A DNA stretch of 64,000 bases from an uncultured Rivularia sp. (GTDB lineage: Bacteria; Cyanobacteriota; Cyanobacteriia; Cyanobacteriales; Nostocaceae), in contig OY762007.1 in the NCBI GenBank assembly GCA_963665115.1, positions 6,624,001 to 6,688,000 on the forward strand. Direction: 5' to 3'. Of this stretch, positions 10,286 through 23,204 are shown piece by piece; the first letter of the stretch is position 1, and each line of letters begins with the position of its first letter. Both the position numbers and the translations under genes were made by a program. The notes below the pieces were generated by a model. That model was given only the letters and a program-made list of their open reading frames with translations, was not told where the DNA came from and did not search any database.

Positions 10286-10630
10286 TATTTAAATATTTAT
10301 CTTCTCGAAGGCTTTTATATCGCCATTTAGCTTATTATAGTACATATGAACCATAAAAACAATATTTCTTCAGGAGTAGGTAAAAATCGAGGAGAAAAAT
10401 AGATGATTTCGGTTAAAAGCCTTATAACTAGTCGTTTCTTAGCAATGACACAGATTTGCGATCGATCAAAAAGCTTGCTGCTAAAGGATGAGACAAGTTT
10501 ATTCCTACGGTGAAATAATATGCTGACGGGGAATTAATCGTTTGTCATTGATTCCTCTAATTTAGATAGAGCAGAGGGAGCGGAGGAACCAAAAAGTTTT
10601 AAATAAGGGATAACTGCTCGCTGCTCACTG

Positions 10631-12226
10631 TCAATTGTTTGCTGAATTCAGCCAAACTGATTGTTGCAATACGGGAATACTTATTCCAGCTTTATCGAAG
10701 GTAACTTTAAGACGACGACGATATTCTCTGGCTACATCCCATTGTTTGAGGGGTTGAGTTTTAATCCAGATGCGAATTATCAAACCGCGATCGCCAAAGT
10801 TCTCAACTCCTAAAACTTCAGGTGGTTCGATGATTTGATGTTCCCATCGCGCATCTTTATCCATATCTAAACCAACCGTTTCAATTAGCTTCAAAGCTTG
10901 ATCGACATCCGTTTGATAAGCGATTGGGATGGTCAAATCGGCACGGGACCAGCGACTTGAAAGGTTGGCAACTATTTTAATTTCACTATTGGGAATTGTA
11001 ATCAAGCGTCCTTCTGCATCGCGTACCTGTGTTATCCGTAAGTTGAGGTTTTCTACCTTACCCCCCACATCACCCACATCAATTACGTCACCCAAAGCGT
11101 ACTGGTCTTCTACAATAATTAAAAAGCCATTGATTGCATCTTTAATCAAGCTCTGAGAAGCTAAAGAAAGAGCAACACCGACCAAACTTGCACCGGCTAA
11201 TAAGGGAATGATATCTATTCCTAAAGCCGTTAATGCCACCAAAACACCAATTGCCAGCCACAGAAGAGTAATTATACTTTTTGATACACCAGAAAAAGTA
11301 GAAACTCGTAGTTGGAGTCTTTCGGACGTTTCTGGAGTTATTAAAGTACTACTGCGGACGAAAGCAGTGGTAAAGCGGTCAATTAATAGATAGGTGAGGC
11401 GAATTGCTACATAAGTTACCAGTGCTACAATACCCAACCTTAAAGGAATTCGTATGGCAGCGATAATTCCGACTTCAATTGCTCGCGTATAGGGAAACAA
11501 ACTCAGTATTAATAAAGTTCCGCCAGTCCAGATTACAGCCTGAGTTAGCTGAAAAAAACGTCGTTTGAATTCTAAAATATGCCGATTTTGCTGATGGCTC
11601 AGTTGTGTTGTAATTGGTTTAATTACTCGTACATCTGAAGTTGGTGGCTTTAACATAAAATTTCGTTTGGAACGTTGCGATAAACGCCAGACTCCCCAAC
11701 TCATCAGAATCATTCCCCCGCCAATAGCCACAGCTATCTTGCTTTGATTAATAATAAATTCAGGTTGTCGCTCTAGCATCGCTCGTTCTAAACTATCTTG
11801 AATATCTTGCTCAAGATTCCTAGCTAAAATTTGAGGCTGAACCTGTCGTAACTTTGCATCTTCTTGAGTGACAGTTAAAAGATATTGGTCATTAACGTAA
11901 ATTACTGGTAAGCCGTTTTGAGTCCGAATTTGAACATTAAGTTCTTTATCGGATGATTCCAGGTAATTTTGGCTAATTTTAGCAATTTTTAGATTGATGT
12001 CTTGCAAGCGCTCATTTATACTAGCCCTGGGAGCAGCTATTTGAAATAAGCGCCGACCATCTAAATAAACCCAACTACTAACAACTTTGTTTTCTAAATC
12101 TTTAATATCTAAGGAAGGTGGTTGTACTTGAGGTAAAAAGGGAAACTGCGCCATCCCCACCTTGGCATCAATCCCCACAATTACTAATAATGAACATAAA
12201 GCAATAACAATAAATCGATAACGCAA
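10631..12226 (-). CDS. MscS-family mechanosensitive channel
   Basis: Multiple TM helices; ASQSLIKDAINGF...GDVI...G.VE.LNLRITQVRD..G.LITIPNS. Confidence 0.92.
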   Translation of the reverse strand: MRYRFIVIALCSLLVIVGIDAKVGMAQFPFLPQVQPPSLDIKDLENKVVSSWVYLDGRRLFQIAAPRASINERLQDINLKIAKISQNYLESSDKELNVQIRTQNGLPVIYVNDQYLLTVTQEDAKLRQVQPQILARNLEQDIQDSLERAMLERQPEFIINQSKIAVAIGGGMILMSWGVWRLSQRSKRNFMLKPPTSDVRVIKPITTQLSHQQNRHILEFKRRFFQLTQAVIWTGGTLLILSLFPYTRAIEVGIIAAIRIPLRLGIVALVTYVAIRLTYLLIDRFTTAFVRSSTLITPETSERLQLRVSTFSGVSKSIITLLWLAIGVLVALTALGIDIIPLLAGASLVGVALSLASQSLIKDAINGFLIIVEDQYALGDVIDVGDVGGKVENLNLRITQVRDAEGRLITIPNSEIKIVANLSSRWSRADLTIPIAYQTDVDQALKLIETVGLDMDKDARWEHQIIEPPEVLGVENFGDRGLIIRIWIKTQPLKQWDVAREYRRRLKVTFDKAGISIPVLQQSVWLNSANN

Positions 12227-12479
12227 TTAATACCTCCTTTACTTATTTGGAGTAAGCTGACACCGATTTTGGCAAATAGTTTCTGCAAATGTACCTATCG
12301 ATAGTCGAGTTTTAACCAATTTGGATATCTAATTGTGATATGCGATACATATAAACAAAGAAAGAACTAGTTGAAAACCATATATGATTTCCAAAATAGA
12401 AGTAAATCATGGTCTTTATTTGCCAGACTTGTTCTAATCTAGTAGAGTGCGTCTTTTTGGATGCAACATTTTTAATTAA

Positions 12480-13772
<1,293 letters not shown>

Positions 13773-13844
13773 TTTAATTTCAAACTTGAATTAGATTTGA
13801 ATCAAATTTAAATTTAATGTGAATTTAATTTGAATTAATTATGG

Positions 13845-13872
13845 GATGGGCTTTGATGCCCATCTTTTTTTT
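13845..13872 (+). terminator. Rho-independent terminator of ahcY
   Basis: GATGGGC-tttgat-GCCCATC hairpin followed by a T run. Confidence 0.8.
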
Positions 13873-14015
13873 CGTTGAATATAGCAGCACAGCCCGCTCA
13901 GCCCCTTTTTCAGGTCGGTTTGAGGGGATGTCAACCTCTGGAATGCATATCTTAGATGCTTATTAATAAATCACTAATTCTGTTTTCTGATTTGTTAAAC
14001 TGATTTAAGCGATAC

Positions 14016-14597
14016 TTGATTTGCTTTGATATTAGTAAATATACTGATTTAGTTCTCATCTTGATGAATGACTTTAGGATGTATCCCTTTTTTAAACTTA
14101 TGAGCACAAAAGTTGCGAAAATCGTCAGTTTGTTCGCAAAACCAACCAATATGATTGCTGAAAATAAATTAAGCAGGTTGTGGGTTTCCAAAATACCTGA
14201 AGCTGAAATTGAACTTGAAGACTTGCAAAAAGCCGTTATTCATCTTAAAGATGCTGTGGATGTCATGAAACCGTTAGAAAATTCTCCACAGAAAGTGGAA
14301 ATACATGATTTCACGACTGCATTTTGGTTTTTGGAATCTGCGAGAGAAGCACTATCCCGAGCCAGTATTCCCAATGCAGCCTCTTCTATGAATAAAGCTA
14401 TTAACAATATCAAGGCAGCTTGTCAAGCAAAGTCAGTAGTACACCAAAAAATGCTGATTGCAGGAGTATTAGATGCTTTGAATAGGGTTTTAAATTCGGT
14501 AGAAAAATCAATGGCTAACGTTGTAACTCCTATAGTTACGCATATGAATTATGAGCAATTACTATCTAAAATTGCAGTGTATGAGCAGTATTATTAA
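14016..14597 (+). CDS. Hypothetical helical protein (real start probably downstream)
   Basis: Long ORF; amphipathic-helix composition from about MIAENK onward. Confidence 0.55.
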   Translation: MICFDISKYTDLVLILMNDFRMYPFFKLMSTKVAKIVSLFAKPTNMIAENKLSRLWVSKIPEAEIELEDLQKAVIHLKDAVDVMKPLENSPQKVEIHDFTTAFWFLESAREALSRASIPNAASSMNKAINNIKAACQAKSVVHQKMLIAGVLDALNRVLNSVEKSMANVVTPIVTHMNYEQLLSKIAVYEQYY

Positions 14598-14797
14598 AGT
14601 TTATGCTACTAATTTTAAGCTTGTGGAGGAGTGCAATAGGATTTCAGGCAATACTATTATATAGAGTCCTTATATTTTCTCGCGATTGAAGCACGGTCAA
14701 AAATAAACTTACGTTATGTTAAACACCTCTATACTTGACATTGGTTGCGTAAGTTTTTTTTATTGCATATGAGTGATAAGTGATGCCTCCAAGACGC

Positions 14798-15261
14798 TAA
14801 GGGACATCCAAAAATAATTTATCCAAAACAATCGTAGTGCGTTAACGTTACCCTAATACCATTTCTTTATAAAGATGCGCCTAATTCAGCCCGTGCAGAC
14901 GGGCTTTGTTTCGATAGCCCCAGTCTTCCAGACTGAGGGCGATTCAGCGCAGCCTTATACAGAATTGGTATAACGAGTCAGTAAGCTGTTGCTTGCGTCG
15001 CCCGAAGGGCGATACACGCAGTGCGGCGAGCGTCCGTAAGGAGATGTATCTTGCTCGCGATATACCCCTCTTTTGCAGGGAGATGAAGTACATTACTATG
15101 CTTTACAATTCTTATGGGATAAACATCCCGGAGCATCCGAATGTACTTCACTAAAATCAAATATGCTGTATCTCCAGCGGACAGGCTGCGTTAGCGGAGC
15201 GAGACGATAGTCTTAGGCAGCATTACGGTAGTTGAATATTTTTTAATTCGGAAGTCTCTAA
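14798..15261. mobile_element. Composite MITE-like element with nested insertions
   Basis: Ends taagggacatcc... and ...ggaagtctctaa are imperfect inverted repeats. The left end taagggac..aaaaataatttatcc..gtagtgcgtta also occurs at 29988. Confidence 0.6.
14856..14971. mobile_element. 116-bp MITE, copy 1
   Basis: Imperfect TIR atacc.tttct / agaattggtat; colinear copy of the same length at 30190-30305. Confidence 0.8.
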
Positions 15262-16036
15262 AGCCAAGAGCAACAGCTTCAAAAGAACTTTATCATAGTT
15301 GATAGTTTGAATAAGATATTGCTGCCAGTTTGGCATTATTTGAGATAATTTTCTCCTTAAAGTAAACATACTTGCTTTCTATTTTCCACCTACACATCGT
15401 TTTCAAAGGCAAAGAGTTGACTTCTCTAATCATTTATAAGCAGGCATCACCTAACAAACACGGTAACTGATTGATTCCTGCCCACCTAGTAAGCGTTTCA
15501 TGACCAAAAATAAACTGATTAATAACCAGTGATACCTTCAGGGGTAAACTCTTAACCCTAGATAAAATTCTTATCCTGTTAAATTGGAATCAAGAGTATG
15601 ACATATGAGATAAACCCTACAAATTATTCCGGAAGCTTGAAACAATGAAAAATAGTCTCTCTCCAAACTTCTGTAGAAACTGTCTTAATAACTTTTCTTT
15701 CCGACTCTATTTTTTTGCTTAAATTATTTCTATAAACATAATTTGAGATAAGTGCGATCGTACAATTCATAAACTTTTTTATGATAGAAGCAAGACTAAC
15801 TCCGGATCGACTACCTTAAACTAGAAACTAAAACGGGATTTACGATCAAATATAAAAGAAGCGTAATTTTATTTAAAGTAAAGAACAAACCATTCTATCA
15901 ATGTTGGTACCGAAGACAGTAAGAGTGAAAGTAATTAAAATTATAAATTATAAATCTTAGCGTTATTTTTGTTCTTCTTGTCCCTTAGTTGCTTATACCG
16001 TGAAGGGAAACCATTATCTGCTTAGGCCCAAAACTG

Positions 16037-16528
16037 ATGTTTAAAATCCCAAATTCCAAAAACTTAGCTAGTCCATTGGACTATAAAGGAGTTTACCCTT
16101 GTCCAGTATGTAGAGTAGGAAAAATCCAAAATATGCCTTTAATGGAGGCAATGTCTTGTGATTTTTGCCATCAAATTTTTACCGTCAACTTAGAGCAACA
16201 GCAACTGAAAATGCCTTCGCGGGAACCTCCCTTAATTTGGCGCTGGAATGGCTTCTATTGGGCGGAGGCTCATTTAGAAGGAGTTGAATTTGGCTGGGGT
16301 TATATATTAGCTACAATAGCATTTGTATTACTTCCCACCAGTCTAATCGGACTAGTTGCCTATAATTTTCCCCCCGATCCAAATGCTCCTCTATCCTGGG
16401 TTCCTTACATTTGGACAATACTGACATTTTGTTCTCATCTAACAATTATAATTTGGCTGTTCGTAGAAGTTTATCAAATTCCAATCAAGGCATATTTTAG
16501 AGCTTTGCAACAGCGTTTTCTTAGTTAA
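16037..16528 (+). CDS. Hypothetical membrane protein with N-terminal Zn-ribbon
   Basis: CPVC...CDFC followed by two TM helices. Confidence 0.8.
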   Translation: MFKIPNSKNLASPLDYKGVYPCPVCRVGKIQNMPLMEAMSCDFCHQIFTVNLEQQQLKMPSREPPLIWRWNGFYWAEAHLEGVEFGWGYILATIAFVLLPTSLIGLVAYNFPPDPNAPLSWVPYIWTILTFCSHLTIIIWLFVEVYQIPIKAYFRALQQRFLS

Positions 16529-16786
16529 TAAACGAAATGCAAAATATAAAAGAACATTTTAAATAACTAAGTAAATAATTTCCCATTTTTAAACCCGGTA
16601 TCTCAAAGATATCGGGTTTCTTTATTTTGAGTATTTAGTATTAATAGTACAGTCAATAAATTTTATTTTGATCGCCATTACTTAAATAAAGATGTAAAAT
16701 GCTTTACATGATTTCAAATACAGCTACCTTCGTTAATGTGAATATTTGCGCTAACATCCTAATAATGTAAACCAATCCACTGCAAT

Positions 16787-17152
16787 ATGGAGCCAGATTC
16801 ACTAGTAACAGAAGTAATTTTAACCTCCGAGCATCAGTCTCTAGGCAGCATGAAACTTGATTGGACACCACAACCTGGAAACTATATTGACTTAAATGGT
16901 AAAACCTACGCAGTTTTAGAACGTCACCACCGCTACCAGTTAAAAGAAGGACGTTATTGCTTGCACAAGATAGCGATTTATGTACAGTCAGCAAAAAGAC
17001 CAGATGAACAAACCCTAGTGAATGGACGTTGGGTGATTGGTAATGCCAACTGTACTTATAACGCTCTTTCAGAAATTATCCGCTGTGCAATTAATCCAGT
17101 AGGACCTTGTGAAGGTTGCAAATATTTTGAAAAGGTAATTGCTAATTGCTAA
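16787..17152 (+). CDS. Conserved cyanobacterial protein (DUF6464-like)
   Basis: C-terminal IG.ANCTYNA.S..IRCAINP.GPCEGC motif. Confidence 0.8.
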   Translation: MEPDSLVTEVILTSEHQSLGSMKLDWTPQPGNYIDLNGKTYAVLERHHRYQLKEGRYCLHKIAIYVQSAKRPDEQTLVNGRWVIGNANCTYNALSEIIRCAINPVGPCEGCKYFEKVIANC

Positions 17153-17250
17153 TTGCTAATTGCTAATTGATAATTGATAATTGATAATAATCGCTTTAAA
17201 AAAAACATTTAACTCCTAACTCCTAACTCCTAACTCCTAACTCCTAACTC
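17136..17250. repeat. STRR arrays (TAATTGC/TAATTGA)n and (TAACTCC)n
   Basis: Direct heptamer tandem repeats between convergent genes. Confidence 0.85.
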
Positions 17251-18260
17251 ACGCTCCCTAATTCTTCTCCTACAGTTAAACGGGTACCGTTGACAAAATC
17301 CCATCCCGACTGGGGGCGTTTACCAGCTAGCTGTACTTCTCGTAATAACAATAAACCATTCCCGGTTTGTACAATTGCTCCTATATTTTTAACAATACTG
17401 ACAACTTGCCCAGGTTTACCTGACAGGTTTGATAAATCTGGCAATTTATCTTGGATTTCTTGCTGTAATTGTGGCAATCGCCTCAAGTAGTCAGGATCGA
17501 GGGGAGCGGTAGCTGCAATTTTGATTGTTTGATTGCGAAATGTGGCAACACAATTAGGGTAAAAACCCCGAATTTTATTATGTAACTGTATGGCACTCTT
17601 AGACCAATCCAAATGGTAATCTTCTTTTTTGATCAAAGGTGCATAAGTTGCTTGAGAATTATCTTGAGTCTGAGGTTCAATTTCTTTGTTTTGAAGTTTT
17701 ATGAGTGTTTCTACTAACAAATCTGCACCTATTGATGCTAATTTTTCTGCTAACTCGTGAGAATTATCGAGCAATCCAATGGGTGTAGTAGCTTTTAATA
17801 ACATTGGGCCGGTATCCATACCCGCGTCCATTAACATAGTAGTGTTGCCGGTTTCTTCTTCTCCATTATGCAAACACCATTGAATCGGGGCTGCACCGCG
17901 ATATTTCGGTAAAATCGACCCATGCACGTTAACGCAAGCAATTTTCGGCATATCTAGAATCTCTTGCGAGAGAATTTGTCCGTAAGCAATTACAACAAAT
18001 ACATCCGCATCCACTTCCTTTAATTGATTTAAAGTCGATTCGTCTTTTTTTATTCGAGTCGGTTGCCACACGGGTAAGTCGTGTGTCAGAGCAACACTTT
18101 TCACGGGAGACGGTGTAATTTTCTTGCCACGCCCCCTAACTTTATCTGGCTGAGTAACAACTGCAAGTACTTCAAATTCTGAACGATCGAGCAATTGTTC
18201 TAGGGTCGGAACGGCAAATTGAGGAGTACCAAAAAATATTACTTTCATCTTTTTCAACAC
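17244..18260 (-). CDS. fmt: Methionyl-tRNA formyltransferase
   Basis: [31 protein letters not shown] and MDAGMDTG motifs. Confidence 0.97.
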   Translation of the reverse strand: MLKKMKVIFFGTPQFAVPTLEQLLDRSEFEVLAVVTQPDKVRGRGKKITPSPVKSVALTHDLPVWQPTRIKKDESTLNQLKEVDADVFVVIAYGQILSQEILDMPKIACVNVHGSILPKYRGAAPIQWCLHNGEEETGNTTMLMDAGMDTGPMLLKATTPIGLLDNSHELAEKLASIGADLLVETLIKLQNKEIEPQTQDNSQATYAPLIKKEDYHLDWSKSAIQLHNKIRGFYPNCVATFRNQTIKIAATAPLDPDYLRRLPQLQQEIQDKLPDLSNLSGKPGQVVSIVKNIGAIVQTGNGLLLLREVQLAGKRPQSGWDFVNGTRLTVGEELGSVS

Positions 18261-19024
18261 GGCTAACGTCCAATTGTAAACAGTAACACTACCGATAAAC
18301 TTTTTAAGAATAAGTCAAACGGTAGAGTGGCACTAGTAAATCTATAGACTATAATTATGTAGAGTAAGTCGAATATTGAAAATTTAATATTTTTATCAGT
18401 TGAGTTACTTATTTTTTTATTATTTAGAAGGAAACTGAGCATCTGTAGCGAAGTTTCTATATTATTTTGGTTACTTGTACTGTTGCAATTGAAACTTATA
18501 CGTGTTTCACTGTAATAAAATATTCAGTAGCATCTATAATACGGCTTTAATTTTTGTTCTACTATTTTTGGGATATTCCACATCATCACCGGAATCGGGG
18601 GTTGAAATGTGGAAGTTAAATTAGCACACGCTACTTAACACCTAGCATTCTACTTGTAATATCTGTACAAAGTGATTTCGGTTACATTAGTTTAGGTGTA
18701 GTTACTTTTCTGAAAGAGCGAGTTTGTTGTAGCTAATTTAACCTTTTTGGCCCAATGTTAGGTTTTGTTGTCATTTTCAGGTTTTTTGTAGCTACGCGAC
18801 AATATTGTTGTTAAGCGGACAAAAATTCAATCGTAATTTTTCTAAACGATTGTTTAGAATGTGAGTAAAAAAAGATACTTTATTTTCGGGAAATATGCGA
18901 AATTAAAGTACTGAATGTCGCTAAATCTTAAGTTCCCTGTTATACATATAAAAGATAGCCTCCCCCATTGCCGCGAGGCATTGCTCCTCCCACAGCAACC
19001 GCCCTCTAGAGAGTCAACCAAAAA

Positions 19025-20380
19025 ATGCTGAAACATCTTTTATTATCAGGATGGTTCCGCGTACAACCATTCCTTAAGTACGTATTAGTCGTAGTACTGA
19101 TTGCGCCTTTAGTCGGAGCGTCAGGACATTCGAGTTCGGCTTATCTATCGCAATCGCAAGCAACTGAAGTTACTGCCGAGATGCCAGAATTGGACTCGGT
19201 GTTAGTAGAGGTTCCGATTGCTAGCGAATACAAATTATCGCAACCAGAAACTGTCAAAACTTTGACACCGGAAAATAATTCTGAGTCAACGAAACTGGCT
19301 GCGGTTGTAGAGCCTGAAATTAAACAGCCGACGTATTTAATAGAGTCTTTAACGATAGAGACTTTGACTGGAGAAAAAGAAGTAACATCTTTTAATAATT
19401 CTTCTTCTATAAATGAAGACCCATTTAGAGAAGTTGAACTTGCTCCTCCTGTTAGTAATCCTGAACTAGAATCAGGAAAAATTTCTCCTTCTCCCCGCAG
19501 AATTAAGTTGGTACAGCGTTTAAAAGCTGCAAAAACTCAATCTTCAAAAAAAGATACTTTAGTAGCTAAATTGGCGCGTGTTAAGTCGCTCAAGGCAACT
19601 AAATTAGTCGCTTTGAGAAGAAATTTGATTCCCGAACCGACAGATGCGCCTGTAAGCGAAGAACCAGAACAATCAGAATTATCGCAGCAAGATCCAATTG
19701 GAAGTCCTCATCCAGTTCCCTGGAAATGGATAACGGCGACTCAAGAAGCTGTAAGTTCCAAGAATGGTTCGGGAGTACGGTATTACCGTAGCGCACCCGT
19801 AATGTCTCCAGATGGTCGTTATTCTATTTACAGCCGCGTAAGGTTAGAAGTTAAACCGCAAATGCACAAAAGCCGTGTTAGCAGCGTGTTGTTTGTGGAA
19901 GACAGAAAAACTAATAATTTGAAAGTTGTTGCATCTACTTCTGCTTTGGTAGATCCTCTGCTTGAAGCGAAGGAAATGGGTGGCGAAGCTAGTCAAATTC
20001 CAGGAAAAATCGGCGTATTAGTTCCTGTTGGCTGGTCAGAAAATGGCGAGCGTTTCTTAGCACGTAAGTTTGAAGGCTTATTCAATACTGCTCACGCTAC
20101 AGATCAAGCCCTTATCTGGAATCGTCAGAAAAACCACTCTAATACAGTTGCTCCTTCTCAGAAGAATCATCAGCATGATATTGCAATTTTATTAGGTTGG
20201 AGTAAAAATACACCTGACAACGTAGTATTCCAAGCTGGCGAAATGGGTCAAGAAACTTGGCCTACAATTACAGTTGCCAATGATGGTAGAACAGTTGCTA
20301 CACCAGAAGTAGACCAACCTACCACTTTTGGTAGAAAGACTACTGATGTTTGGGCTGGGCCGCAAGTTGCTTATCAATAA
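19025..20380 (+). CDS. Secreted/periplasmic hypothetical protein
   Basis: Signal-like N-terminus, low-complexity linker, and a globular C-domain (DPIGSPHPVPW, SPDGRYS). Confidence 0.8.
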   Translation: MLKHLLLSGWFRVQPFLKYVLVVVLIAPLVGASGHSSSAYLSQSQATEVTAEMPELDSVLVEVPIASEYKLSQPETVKTLTPENNSESTKLAAVVEPEIKQPTYLIESLTIETLTGEKEVTSFNNSSSINEDPFREVELAPPVSNPELESGKISPSPRRIKLVQRLKAAKTQSSKKDTLVAKLARVKSLKATKLVALRRNLIPEPTDAPVSEEPEQSELSQQDPIGSPHPVPWKWITATQEAVSSKNGSGVRYYRSAPVMSPDGRYSIYSRVRLEVKPQMHKSRVSSVLFVEDRKTNNLKVVASTSALVDPLLEAKEMGGEASQIPGKIGVLVPVGWSENGERFLARKFEGLFNTAHATDQALIWNRQKNHSNTVAPSQKNHQHDIAILLGWSKNTPDNVVFQAGEMGQETWPTITVANDGRTVATPEVDQPTTFGRKTTDVWAGPQVAYQ

Positions 20381-20407
20381 GTTAACAATTTTTACAATAC
20401 TTAAAGT

Positions 20408-20443
20408 AATCCCGTTCTAGTAAACACTAAAACGGGATTTTTC
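20408..20443 (+). terminator. Putative terminator hairpin
   Basis: aatcccgtt...aacgggatt followed by ttt. Confidence 0.6.
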
Positions 20444-20641
20444 ATTATTGGTAATAGGGCATGGGGCATGGGTATAGAAATTAACTTATTAACCTATTTT
20501 CTATTTTTTTAATTGTTAACCCTTGAGTAATTTGAGTAATTGTCATTAAAAATAAAATCCCTCTACATTTATTTATATATAGAGTTTTTTATGTTCAATG
20601 CCCTATGCCCTATACCCAATAAAGAGATATTGCTTAGAAAA

Positions 20642-20944
20642 TTACTCAGACTTTTTTTCGCCTGTTTCCGACTCCGCAGCAGAGTCTTTTACTCGACGAA
20701 TGGGTACATTGGCAATCAAAGCTGTTGTACGCTGGTTGCTTTCCAACGAAAACTCCAAGCCATCAGCTTCAACTTCCACGTAGCGACAAACAATTTCTAA
20801 GATTTCTTGCCGCATTTTCTCTATCATTTGAGGGCTTAAATCAGCCCTATCGTGAGCAATAACTAATTGCAAACGACGTTTAACATCATTGCGACTGTTG
20901 TCGTTACCGCGAAAAAAAAGTCGTTCTAAAAGTTCAAGAATCAT
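20642..20944 (-). CDS. minE: Cell division topological specificity factor
   Basis: [13 protein letters not shown]...[10 protein letters not shown]...ANVPI. Confidence 0.97.
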   Translation of the reverse strand: MILELLERLFFRGNDNSRNDVKRRLQLVIAHDRADLSPQMIEKMRQEILEIVCRYVEVEADGLEFSLESNQRTTALIANVPIRRVKDSAAESETGEKKSE

Positions 20945-20974
20945 TGCAGCCCTATGAGCGCATACTGGATTTAA

Positions 20975-21781
20975 TTAAATAATTTTTGTCCACAATAACC
21001 TTCGGAGGCGGGAAAATAGGTTGTCTTGGGACGAGTCAAAATCAATAAAATCTACCGTTTCCCCTTCCATTCTACGAGCAATGTTATCGTAAGCCGTGGC
21101 AGCTAAAGAAGGATTTTCGGATAAAACCAGAGGTTCGCCACGGTTGGTAGAAACAATTACCCGCTCGTCGTCGGGAATTACCCCAATTAAAGGAACTGCT
21201 AGAAGTTCCTGGACATCCTGCACAGACATCATATCATTTAACCGAATCATTGCGGGTTTTATCCGGTTAATTATTAAGTGGATTTTCTTTACCCCTTGTG
21301 CTTCTAATAACCCAACTACCCGGTCAGCATCACGGACTGCTGCTATTTCGGGAGTTGTGACAATTAAAGCTTCTTTTGCTGGAGCGATCGCATTTTTGAA
21401 ACCCATTTCGATTCCAGCGGGGCTATCGATAATGATGTACTGATATTTCTGCGCTAAAGCATTAACCAGTAACTTCATTTGATCGGGTGTGACAGCTTCT
21501 TTGGTGCGATTCTGTGCCGCAGGTAGCAGCACTAAATTGGGTTGTCGCTTATCTTTGACTAAGGCTTGTTCCAAACGACATTCCCTAGCCAAAACTTCCA
21601 GCGCAGTGTAAACAATGCGGTTTTCAAGCCCCAACAACAAATCCAAATTTCGCAGACCAAAATCAGCGTCAACTAATGCAACTTGACGACCAAGTTTGGC
21701 TAAAGCCATACCAAGATTGGCTGTAGTAGTGGTTTTTCCTACTCCTCCCTTACCGGAGGTAATGACAACAATTCGGGTCAT
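20975..21781 (-). CDS. minD: Septum site-determining ATPase
   Basis: SGKGGVGKTT, DADFGLRNLD and a C-terminal amphipathic helix. Confidence 0.98.
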   Translation of the reverse strand: MTRIVVITSGKGGVGKTTTTANLGMALAKLGRQVALVDADFGLRNLDLLLGLENRIVYTALEVLARECRLEQALVKDKRQPNLVLLPAAQNRTKEAVTPDQMKLLVNALAQKYQYIIIDSPAGIEMGFKNAIAPAKEALIVTTPEIAAVRDADRVVGLLEAQGVKKIHLIINRIKPAMIRLNDMMSVQDVQELLAVPLIGVIPDDERVIVSTNRGEPLVLSENPSLAATAYDNIARRMEGETVDFIDFDSSQDNLFSRLRRLLWTKII

Positions 21782-21880
21782 GATTACGAAAGCGCTCGTG
21801 ATGGCATTGCAAAATATATTAGTAGTTAGTTGTTAGTTGTTAGTTGTTAGTTGTGAGAACTAATAACTAATAATTAATAA

Positions 21881-22951
21881 CTAATAACTAATTCGAGAAA
21901 AATCATTAGCGTTGGTGATGCGGATTCCCTGTGTCGTTATATACGCGACCTCAGCATATGGCTGCGTAGGCGATTTTTCTGGTGCCCTAGCCAAAGCATT
22001 GGCAATTCGCAATTGGGTTGGTTCCATTTGTAAAGCCATAATTGTGCATTCGCTGTTTCCTTGGGCACCCGCATGAGCAACCCCACGCAAGCGACCCCAA
22101 ATTAGAATATCGCCATCTGCGACTACAATACCACCAGGATTTACATCTCCCAAGATAATTACGCTACCTCTATGACGAATTTCTACACCAGAACGCACGG
22201 TGGTTTCCATGTAAAGTGGTTCTGCTGGGGGTAAGTTAGCCTTCTCAGATTCAAACGAAAAAGCCGTTTTCGGCTGCAATTGCTCTACAGAATAACCAGC
22301 ACCCGCAGCTGCGATCGCAGTTTGACGACGACTGGTACCAACGGATTTTAGCTGCAAAGACAATTCGCTTAAGGTATCGGCTATGTCTTGTAGCTGTCTG
22401 CTATCAAGTAAACGGTCGTATGCAACCAAATGTACGCTTATCTTCGAGGAAAAAAAGCGTTTTTGGGCTAAAAGCCGCAATTTCATTTGTTGCCAAATTT
22501 CAGACCAGCTGTACTCGGATACAGAAGCTTCCGATACAGTTGGTAAAGTTAACACCAATCTATCTTTCTCGCTTCTGATTTCTACCTGTATTTTTTGATG
22601 AGCCGCATTTTCTAATAACGGTTTATCAATGCTTATCTGATTATCAATTTGTTCAACCGCAGCATTTTCCTTGATGTTTGTTGGTTCGGAAACCGATCGA
22701 TCTAAAGTCACATGAGAATTTTCTTCATCGCTAGCTCGCTCAGAGACATCTTGATGGAGATTAACAGTAGAATTATCTTCAGCAGTAGTTTGATTAGAAA
22801 CTACTGCTGAAGAAACATTTACATTATTTGGACTGGATATAAAAGTCACTTCTGTCACAGTAGACTCCTCATCCGAACTAGTAACTTTGGAGTCTGTCTC
22901 AGAAACATCATTGTGAGAATTAAGATCTGGGATAGCTTCTTCAGAAGTCAT
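21881..22951 (-). CDS. minC: Septum site-determining protein
   Basis: TVRSG...GDVNPGG...WGRLRGVAHAG; position in minCDE. Confidence 0.96.
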   Translation of the reverse strand: MTSEEAIPDLNSHNDVSETDSKVTSSDEESTVTEVTFISSPNNVNVSSAVVSNQTTAEDNSTVNLHQDVSERASDEENSHVTLDRSVSEPTNIKENAAVEQIDNQISIDKPLLENAAHQKIQVEIRSEKDRLVLTLPTVSEASVSEYSWSEIWQQMKLRLLAQKRFFSSKISVHLVAYDRLLDSRQLQDIADTLSELSLQLKSVGTSRRQTAIAAAGAGYSVEQLQPKTAFSFESEKANLPPAEPLYMETTVRSGVEIRHRGSVIILGDVNPGGIVVADGDILIWGRLRGVAHAGAQGNSECTIMALQMEPTQLRIANALARAPEKSPTQPYAEVAYITTQGIRITNANDFSRISY

Positions 22952-23204
22952 GCAACACCATCCAAAAAGCGAACATTAAGCAATTATCAAACATTTAACA
23001 TTGGAAATTACAATTCCTGCATATTTAACCTGTATGATGTATCACTAATAACAATTCACACACATTAAAGATGTTTGGTTAATTGACGCACTACAATAGC
23101 ATTAAATGCAGGCATTTTAGATAATTATTTTTTATTCACGTAAAAATGCGAACTTCTCATGCATTGAAAAACTAATGGCGGTATGTGGGAAATATTATCA
23201 AACC

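Noticed and set aside
14978..15160. Short ORFs here and at 29926-30168 and 25087-25335
   Set aside because: They run through nested repeat elements and show no protein-like features.
15270..15560. Minus-strand pseudo-ORF fragment (FGHETLTRWAG...)
   Set aside because: Interrupted by stops and no family recognisable.
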